Shown here: positions 57,488 through 64,000 of the stretch, in pieces
Numbering within the stretch: position 1 is the first letter of the stretch
Layout of the letters: each line of letters begins with the position of its first letter
NCBI GenBank assembly: GCA_947496355.1
Contig: CANMCO010000012.1
Coordinates: 9,705-73,704 of the forward strand
Direction of reading: 5' to 3'
DNA: 64,000 nucleotides
Origin: an uncultured Aquimarina sp.
GTDB lineage: Bacteria; Bacteroidota; Bacteroidia; Flavobacteriales; Flavobacteriaceae
Position numbers and translations under genes: made by a program
Notes under the pieces: generated by a model
Seen by the model: only the letters and a program-made list of their open reading frames with translations
Told to the model about the DNA's origin: nothing
Database searches by the model: none

Positions 57488-58590
57488 AAATCAAATCGTA
57501 ATTGAATAATCTCTACCTCATCTTCCTCTTTTTTCTTTTCATTTTTCTTTCCAGTATTTAGATTTGATAATGATATCCCAAGCAATCGTACAGAATTTTT
57601 CATTTTCTCTTGATATAGCAACTCTTTCGCCGTTTCTAATAGGATGTCGGCATCACTTACATAATATGGTAAGGTTTTACTTCGGGTTTGTAAAGAAAAA
57701 TCGCTGTATTTAATCTTCAATGTCACCGTTCTACCGGCGACTTTGCTTCGCTTCAGTCGTTTTTGTAATTCTTCGGCAATGTTTTCTAATCGCTCTAACA
57801 TGTATATTTCCGAAGATATGTTTTCGCTAAACGTTCGTTCTGCGGCAAGGGATTTACGTTCTCTATTAGGTTTTACTGCACTTTGGTGAACTCCTCGTAC
57901 TATACGATAATAATGCCCTCCAGATTTACCGAAATGCTCCGTAAGAAACTCTTCAGATTTTGTTTTCAGGTCCTTGCCTGTATAAATCCCCATCGAATAC
58001 ATTTTGGCCTGAGTAACTTTTCCTACGCCATAGAATTTTTTGACATCAAGATCCTCTAGGAATTCAATTACTTCCTCAGGGTTTACTGTTTTCTGCCCAT
58101 TGGGTTTATTATAATCACTAGCGACCTTAGCAATGAACTTATTTATAGATATTCCCGCAGAGGCAGTTAAGCCCACCTCATCCAAAATTCGTTTACGGAT
58201 TTCCTGAGCAAGTAATGTGGCGCTTGGATGTCCTTTTTTATTTTCGGTAACATCCAAATATGCTTCATCTAGCGATAAGGGCTCGACCAAATCTGTATAA
58301 TCAAAAAATATCTTTCTGATTTTAGATGAAATTTCCTGATACCGATCATATCGTGGGCGAACAAAGATCAGATCTGGGCATAGCTTTCTTGCTGTGAAAC
58401 CGGGCATTGCAGAACGTACACCAAACACACGAGCTTCGTAACTTGCCGCGCTTACCACTCCGCGTTTTCCTCCTCCGCCTACAGCCAATGGCTTTCCTTT
58501 AAGTTCGGGATTGTCCATTTGCTCTACCGAAGCGTAGAATGCATCCATATCTACGTGAATAATTTTTCTATGTTCCAGTAATTCTTCCAC
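57484..58590 (-). CDS. dinB: DNA polymerase IV
   Basis: HVDMDAFYASVE, SYEARVFGV, SLDEAYLD, AKVASDYNKP. Confidence 0.96.
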   Translation of the reverse strand: MEELLEHRKIIHVDMDAFYASVEQMDNPELKGKPLAVGGGGKRGVVSAASYEARVFGVRSAMPGFTARKLCPDLIFVRPRYDRYQEISSKIRKIFFDYTDLVEPLSLDEAYLDVTENKKGHPSATLLAQEIRKRILDEVGLTASAGISINKFIAKVASDYNKPNGQKTVNPEEVIEFLEDLDVKKFYGVGKVTQAKMYSMGIYTGKDLKTKSEEFLTEHFGKSGGHYYRIVRGVHQSAVKPNRERKSLAAERTFSENISSEIYMLERLENIAEELQKRLKRSKVAGRTVTLKIKYSDFSLQTRSKTLPYYVSDADILLETAKELLYQEKMKNSVRLLGISLSNLNTGKKNEKKKEEDEVEIIQLRFDF

Positions 58591-58660
58591 AATACAAAAA
58601 TAAGAGATATTGATTATTCAAATTGTAATATCTTTAGGTCATTAATAAAAGTAATTTTTT

Positions 58661-58732
58661 CTGTTATCTCGAGCGAGGTCGAGAGAGATTCTTCTTTGTT
58701 CAAATACATTTCGACTCTGCTCAATGTGACAG
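58661..58732. repeat. REP-like imperfect inverted repeat element
   Basis: Left arm ctgttatctcgagcgaggtcga vs reverse complement of right arm ctgtcacattgagcagagtcga; GAGCnnAGTCGA-type core seen in flavobacterial intergenic repeats. Confidence 0.6.
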
Positions 58733-58778
58733 GAATCTAGTAGAATACATTCTCACAAATAAAAGGAAACTATTTTTT

Positions 58779-59438
58779 ATGAAAACAGCAATTATACTTG
58801 GTGCCACAGGGCTTACTGGTGGGATTTTACTTCAAAAGCTTATCCAGGATGATAGATATGAAAAAATCAAACTGTTCTCCAGAAAAAGTGTCAATATCTC
58901 TCATCCAAAGATAGAAGAACATCTCATAGATATGCTTAAGTTACGAGATAGTGCACAGGATTTTACTGCAGACGAAGTTTTTTGCTGTATTGGAACAACC
59001 AATGCCAAAACCCCTGATAAAGATTTATACCACAAAATTGATTATGGTATTCCGGTAAGCGCAGCTAGGCTATGCAAAACCAATAAAATTAAAACTCTAG
59101 TTGTTATTTCTGCATTAGGAGCAGATGCAGAAAGTCGAGTATTTTACAACCGCACCAAAGGTGAAATGGAAAAAGCAGTTCTTGAATTTGATATTCCTAA
59201 AACACATATACTACAGCCTTCACTTATTGGTGGTAAAAGAGTCGAAAAAAGATCTGGAGAATACTTTTTTAAGGTGTTAATGAAGATATTTAATCCATTA
59301 CTTATAGGGCCATTAAAAAAATATCGAACCATTCATCCTGAAACGATCGTTTCAGCTATGATTTGGTTGGCAAATAACGATTTTGAAGAGAAAAGAGTGC
59401 TTTCTGATAAGATTAAAGCGATTGTAAAGAAAAACTAG
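58779..59438 (+). CDS. NAD(P)-binding oxidoreductase (TIP30/HTATIP2-like atypical SDR)
   Basis: ILGATGLTG, CCIGTT, SALGAD, YNRTKGEME, LQPSLI. Confidence 0.85.
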   Translation: MKTAIILGATGLTGGILLQKLIQDDRYEKIKLFSRKSVNISHPKIEEHLIDMLKLRDSAQDFTADEVFCCIGTTNAKTPDKDLYHKIDYGIPVSAARLCKTNKIKTLVVISALGADAESRVFYNRTKGEMEKAVLEFDIPKTHILQPSLIGGKRVEKRSGEYFFKVLMKIFNPLLIGPLKKYRTIHPETIVSAMIWLANNDFEEKRVLSDKIKAIVKKN

Positions 59439-59469
59439 TCTTTGAGAACCTCAGACTACGAACAAAATT

Positions 59470-59937
59470 ATGATAGAAATAGAACGTAAATTCCTAGTTA
59501 ATTCTGAAACTTATAAAAATGAAGCACAAAAAAACTATCGTATAGTACAAGGGTTCCTGAATACTGATCCCGAGCGTACTGTGCGTGTTCGAATAAAAGG
59601 AGATCAAGGGTTCCTGACTATAAAAGGTATTGGAAATGCATCTGGTACTTCTCGTTTTGAGTGGGAAAAGGAAATCCCGGTAATTGAAGCAGAACAGTTG
59701 ATGTTATTGTGTGAAGAAGGAATCATCGAAAAAACGCGTTATGAAATTCCTTCTGGCTCGCATATCATTGAAGTAGACGAGTTTTATGGTGAAAATAATG
59801 GCCTAACTATAGCCGAAATTGAGTTAAATGACGAAAATGAGACATTTTTAGCACCAAATTGGCTAGGAAAAGAAGTTACTGGTGATTCTAGGTATTATAA
59901 TTCACAATTAGGTAAAAAACCATTCAAAACATGGTAA
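59470..59937 (+). CDS. CYTH domain protein
   Basis: EIERKFLV, RVRI, EKTRY, EVDEF, AEIEL. Confidence 0.93.
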   Translation: MIEIERKFLVNSETYKNEAQKNYRIVQGFLNTDPERTVRVRIKGDQGFLTIKGIGNASGTSRFEWEKEIPVIEAEQLMLLCEEGIIEKTRYEIPSGSHIIEVDEFYGENNGLTIAEIELNDENETFLAPNWLGKEVTGDSRYYNSQLGKKPFKTW

Positions 59938-59979
59938 AACATGCATTTTTAAGTTTAATATGATCAAAAAACATAAAAA

Positions 59980-60465
59980 ATGAAGAAAATACTGATATTT
60001 CCTGTATTGCTTTTTCTATTTTCTTGTCAACAACAAAAGGAAGAAGAAAAAGTCTTGGCCTCAACTACTGAAAAACCCTCTGCAAAAGCAATTAAGGAGA
60101 AGTTACAAAAAGATGGTTTTCAGATTTTTGATTATATAGATGATAAAAGTGGTGATACGGTGATCATGCAACAATATTTTATAGCATTCTTAAAACGTGG
60201 TCCTAATCGTTCACAAACCGAAGAAGAGGCTACAAGTTTACAGAAGTTACATATGGAACATCTGGGCAGAATGTATAAAGAAGGATATGCAGATATTTCT
60301 GGCCCTTTTGGTGATGATGGAGACATACGCGGCATTACTATTTATAATACTCCAACTCAAAAAATTGCAGATAGTTTAGCAAATATGGACCCCATGGTTA
60401 AAGCCGGTCGTTTAGTGATAGAAATCCATCCTTGGTGGGCAGCCAAAGGATTTCCGTTAAGATAA
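59980..60465 (+). CDS. YCII-related domain lipoprotein
   Basis: Lipobox LFS-C; HMEHL, SGPF, DPMVKAG. Confidence 0.8.
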   Translation: MKKILIFPVLLFLFSCQQQKEEEKVLASTTEKPSAKAIKEKLQKDGFQIFDYIDDKSGDTVIMQQYFIAFLKRGPNRSQTEEEATSLQKLHMEHLGRMYKEGYADISGPFGDDGDIRGITIYNTPTQKIADSLANMDPMVKAGRLVIEIHPWWAAKGFPLR

Positions 60466-60477
60466 AACCAACAGTTC

Positions 60478-61899
60478 CTATAAGTACTTAATAGTCAAAT
60501 CGATCAATTTTTGTTTGAAATTAGTGTACGGCGGAGACATAAACTCAACGGCGCTTGGCAACTTTTGATGTACAATTGCTCGTTCATTTGTAAACTCCAT
60601 AAATCCATAATGCCCTCTAGATTTTCCTATACCGCTATTATTTACTCCTCCAAAAGGTAAATTAGGGTTTCCAACATGGATATTAGACATATTAATGCAT
60701 GAACCGCCTGCACTTGTATTTTCTATAAAATATTTGATATTCTTTTTACTCTGACTATAGAGATATAAGGCCAGAGGTTTTTCTTTAGCGTTAATAAGCT
60801 CGATTACTTCTTGTCGATCTTTGTAAGTGACAATAGGAAGTATAGGACCAAAGATCTCATAATGCATCAAATCAGAACTAGGTGGTGGGTCTACAACTAC
60901 GGTTGGTTCTATATAATTTTCTTCTTCATTGATCGCACCACCATAAATTACTTTTCCACCTTGTGCTACGGTACTTTCTAGATATCCTTTCAATCTCAAA
61001 AAATGCTTTGAGCTAATAATTCTGAGGTAATCGGGAGAGGTAATAGCTTCATCTCCATAATGTTTAATAATTTGGCTCATCAAACCTTGAATAAGCTCTT
61101 CTTTTTTGCTTTCATGAACAACCACATAATCAGGTGCAATACAAATCTGTCCTGCATTTATAAATTTACCCCAAACGATCCTGGGGACAATTGCTTTTAT
61201 ATTTGCAGTTTCGTCTATAATCGTTGGTGACTTACCTCCTAATTCTAGTGTAACACTTGATAAGTGTTTGGACGCAGCTGCCATCACGACTTTACCTATT
61301 TCCGGAGCTCCGGTAAAAAACACATGACTAAACTTCATACTAAGCAACTTGGTTGCTACTTCGACACCTCCTTCTACAATGGCAACTTCTTTTTCCTCAA
61401 AAGCCTCTGCGATAATTAATTTCATTATCGCTACGGTATGAGAAGTAAACTCAGAAGGTTTCAGAATGACTGTATTTCCTGCAGCAATTGCCGAAACCAA
61501 TGGAGCAAAAAGGAGTTGCATAGGATAATTCCAGGGTGCAATAATAAGACACATTCCTTTTGGTTCATACAAAACTCTAGAAGATGACCCGATCATTGTA
61601 ATTGGTCTGGCCACCTTTTTAGGTTTCATCCACCTTTTTAGATGTTTTGAAGCAAATCTAATCTCAGTTAAAACAGGGTAAATCTCTGTAAGATCAATTT
61701 CTGCAGCTGGTTTTCTAAAATCCTTCCACATGGCTTCCTGCAATTCTACACGAAACTTTAGAATCGCTTTCTGAAGTCTTTTTAGCTTCTTAATACGTTC
61801 TGAAGCGTTTGTTTTTCCAATTGATCTATATTCCGATTTCTGCTCAGCATAAATCTGCTCTATTTCAGAAATTTCAGTTTCATTGAACTCAGCTACCAT
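60478..61899 (-). CDS. Aldehyde dehydrogenase (class 3 / fatty aldehyde type)
   Basis: IAPWNYP, LKPSE, FTG, LELGGKSP, AGQICIAPDY (catalytic Cys), EIFGP, PFGG. Confidence 0.93.
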   Translation of the reverse strand: MVAEFNETEISEIEQIYAEQKSEYRSIGKTNASERIKKLKRLQKAILKFRVELQEAMWKDFRKPAAEIDLTEIYPVLTEIRFASKHLKRWMKPKKVARPITMIGSSSRVLYEPKGMCLIIAPWNYPMQLLFAPLVSAIAAGNTVILKPSEFTSHTVAIMKLIIAEAFEEKEVAIVEGGVEVATKLLSMKFSHVFFTGAPEIGKVVMAAASKHLSSVTLELGGKSPTIIDETANIKAIVPRIVWGKFINAGQICIAPDYVVVHESKKEELIQGLMSQIIKHYGDEAITSPDYLRIISSKHFLRLKGYLESTVAQGGKVIYGGAINEEENYIEPTVVVDPPPSSDLMHYEIFGPILPIVTYKDRQEVIELINAKEKPLALYLYSQSKKNIKYFIENTSAGGSCINMSNIHVGNPNLPFGGVNNSGIGKSRGHYGFMEFTNERAIVHQKLPSAVEFMSPPYTNFKQKLIDLTIKYL

Positions 61900-61920
61900 A
61901 AGACATCTTTAAAATTATCC

Positions 61921-63423
61921 TTAAGAAAATAAGGACTGCAGTTTCATAGCTACAGACATATCTCCTTTGATTTTTATCTTTCCACCCATTACTGCTGACA
62001 TTGGATTAAGCTCTCCCTTGGTTAGTGCAACAAAATCATCAAACCCTACATCTACCTGGCAATCTGCTTCTTTGTCTTCGATAGAAACCTGATTCTTCTC
62101 ACCAGTACCATCTATATATAATTGCTCTTCTCCAAAATTAAATTTTAGTGTATTGTTTAGGCTGTCGGCCTTTTCTGCCTTTGCTTGTATTGTCTGTAAT
62201 AAATTTTCTAAATTACTCATAATGTTTCCGTTTGAATTAGTATTATTTTTTGAATTATTATCTGCTTGTTTGTATGACACATCATCTATGACCATTTTGG
62301 CTATAATTTCTCTCATGATCTCTGATGTACCCCCTCCAATAGTTCCTATACGACTATCCCTAAACATTCTTGCTATTTTGAAATCTTCAATATAGCCATA
62401 TCCTCCAAAAGACTGAAGACATTGGGTCATTGTTTTATCTGATAACTCCGTCGCCAACAGTTTAGCCATTGAACATTCTTTTACAGCATATTTAGCATCA
62501 TTATTTAACCTTGAACAATGTAATACGAATTGTTTGCAGGACTCGATTTCTGATGATAACTGCGCCATTCTATGCCTCAATACCTGAAACTTATTAATGG
62601 GTCTCCCAAAAGCGGTTCTTTCTGACATGTATTGCAACGTATACTCCATAGCAACTTCACAAGCCGAATACCCCATTATGGCGCCCACCAATCTTTCTAC
62701 CTGTAAACCTCCCATTAGGTAATAGAATCCTTTTCCTTCTTCACCAATGAGGTTTTCTTTGGGTATTTGCACATTATCAAAAGCAAGTTCTGCAGTGTCA
62801 GAAGAATGCCATCCCAGTTTCTTTAATTTTGTCCTACTTACCCCATCTTTATCAAGATCAACTACCAAAAGGCTCACTCCATCGGGTCCGGCTTTTGGGT
62901 CCGTTTTAACTACACAAACCACAAAATCTCCATAAATAGCATTTGTAATAAAGGTTTTAGAGCCATTCACCACATAATGATCACCTGTAAGCACTGCGGT
63001 AGTTCGTACATTGGCTACGTCTGATCCTGCAGTTGGTTCTGATATTCCGATACAGCTTATGGCTTCACCAGAGATTATGCCCGGAAGATACTTCTCCTTT
63101 AACCTTTGAGATCCATGTTTTAGAATATAAGGTCCAGACATGTATTGAACCACTGCTTGGGTAATTGCAAATCCTCCAGAAAACACTTTGGCTATTTCTT
63201 CGCAAAAAATGACATCATAAAAGAAATCGAGGTTTGCTCCTCCAAATTCTTCGGGATAAGAAAGGCCCAAAAACCCCATTTTACCCATTTTTTTCCATAC
63301 TTCCCGGGGGATACGTCGATCCTCTTCCCATTGATCTATATTAGGAGTTACTTCCTTTTGTAAAAAAGCTCTCAGACTTTCTCTAAATAACTCATGCCCC
63401 TCGTCAAAATAATAGCTTTTCAT
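61921..63423 (-). CDS. Acyl-CoA dehydrogenase with C-terminal SCP2 sterol-binding domain
   Basis: ISEPTAGSD, NGSKTFITN, RTAFGRPI, GGYGY, GGGTSEI; SCP2 tail LNPMSAVMGGKIKIKGDMSVAMKL. Confidence 0.9.
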   Translation of the reverse strand: MKSYYFDEGHELFRESLRAFLQKEVTPNIDQWEEDRRIPREVWKKMGKMGFLGLSYPEEFGGANLDFFYDVIFCEEIAKVFSGGFAITQAVVQYMSGPYILKHGSQRLKEKYLPGIISGEAISCIGISEPTAGSDVANVRTTAVLTGDHYVVNGSKTFITNAIYGDFVVCVVKTDPKAGPDGVSLLVVDLDKDGVSRTKLKKLGWHSSDTAELAFDNVQIPKENLIGEEGKGFYYLMGGLQVERLVGAIMGYSACEVAMEYTLQYMSERTAFGRPINKFQVLRHRMAQLSSEIESCKQFVLHCSRLNNDAKYAVKECSMAKLLATELSDKTMTQCLQSFGGYGYIEDFKIARMFRDSRIGTIGGGTSEIMREIIAKMVIDDVSYKQADNNSKNNTNSNGNIMSNLENLLQTIQAKAEKADSLNNTLKFNFGEEQLYIDGTGEKNQVSIEDKEADCQVDVGFDDFVALTKGELNPMSAVMGGKIKIKGDMSVAMKLQSLFS

Positions 63424-63435
63424 GGTGTGATTCTT

Positions 63436-64000
63436 TTAAATTTTATACTGATTTTCCTGAATGAAATGAGACGCAATAACTCTTCTATTCTCAATAACAT
63501 TGCTAACAGGAAGCTGTAATAGTTTATTGATCGCTTTAAGGCTCATTAGCGCCATATCGCCTTCTGCAACAGCAAAAATCACTTCTCTTGCCGATGTCTT
63601 TATCAAATCTACAGAAGCATACATAAATGTAGTACTCATAGCTTCGCGAATAGCTTGATTTTTGCCTTGATGTTTTAGGGTTCTTAACAATACCCCTTCG
63701 AGCATATAGAGTTGTGTTATAATATCCGAAATACGAGACAACACCTCTTGCTGTTCCTGAATATCTTGCTGAAATTTTTGCATTGCCTGGCCACTAATAA
63801 GGATGGCAGACTTTTTACAATTCTCTAAAAAATCCATGCTGAATTCTGCAAAAGATTGATTACTATCGGCAGGTTTTAAATTGCCGGATTGTAAATCCTG
63901 AAGGGCCTGCATTGCAGACTGCATTAATGGTAGTTTTCCCTTTAGGGCATATTTCATTATTGTACCAGGTATAACGAGTCGATTAATCTCATTGGTCCCT
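63436..64000 (-). CDS. Acyl-CoA dehydrogenase, C-terminal part (runs off the window end)
   Basis: Frame extends past the ORF-track start: GTNEINRLVIPGTIMKYALKG...EQQEVLSRISD. Confidence 0.85.
   Translation of the reverse strand, partial: GTNEINRLVIPGTIMKYALKGKLPLMQSAMQALQDLQSGNLKPADSNQSFAEFSMDFLENCKKSAILISGQAMQKFQQDIQEQQEVLSRISDIITQLYMLEGVLLRTLKHQGKNQAIREAMSTTFMYASVDLIKTSAREVIFAVAEGDMALMSLKAINKLLQLPVSNVIENRRVIASHFIQENQYKI

Noticed and set aside
57484-58590. dinB as part of a mutagenesis cassette or mobile element
   Set aside because: No imuA/imuB/dnaE2, umuD or mobility genes nearby; ordinary chromosomal context
500-63363. Numerous 60-140-aa ORF-track entries overlapping long genes (e.g. 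500-688, 7244-7495, 11771-12067, 53400-54003, 62153-62395)
   Set aside because: Antisense or off-frame shadows of well-supported CDSs, with no motifs or independent expression signals
1-64000. tRNA, rRNA, integrase, transposase, prophage or lanthipeptide/radical SAM biosynthetic genes
   Set aside because: No recognisable signatures found by eye; tRNAscan-SE, Infernal/Rfam and antiSMASH would be needed to exclude them formally

Overview
AT-rich Bacteroidota chromosome segment, most like a marine Flavobacteriaceae (Aquimarina-like; inferred from gene content and TAnnTTTG promoter boxes). Housekeeping genes (aspartate kinase, fbp, mfd, YraN, LD-carboxypeptidase, metG, sdhCAB, dinB, acyl-CoA dehydrogenases) surround an accessory region at about 5.9-33.9 kb. 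Main observations: (i) a four-gene operon coupling a Ras/Rab-like small GTPase to a soluble hybrid histidine kinase. (ii) Two TPR-transmembrane-AraC regulators, each followed by a pair of small leader-core peptides. Both intergenic regions carry the same TTTTC-N3-GAAAA palindrome exactly 53 nt before a TATATTTG promoter box. (iii) Four double-glycine-leader Cys-containing micro-peptides absent from the ORF track (one defensin-like, one knottin-like). Three share a 36-nt upstream element with two alternative helices. (iv) A two-gene RHS system with an M23 peptidase tip and a downstream lipoprotein, inside a 13-kb block bounded by a perfect 39-bp direct repeat. (v) A lone TIR/NDT-like gene before mfd. 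I saw no rRNA, tRNA, CRISPR array, integrase or transposase. All assignments come from reading motifs by eye; no database search was run, so novelty is not verified.
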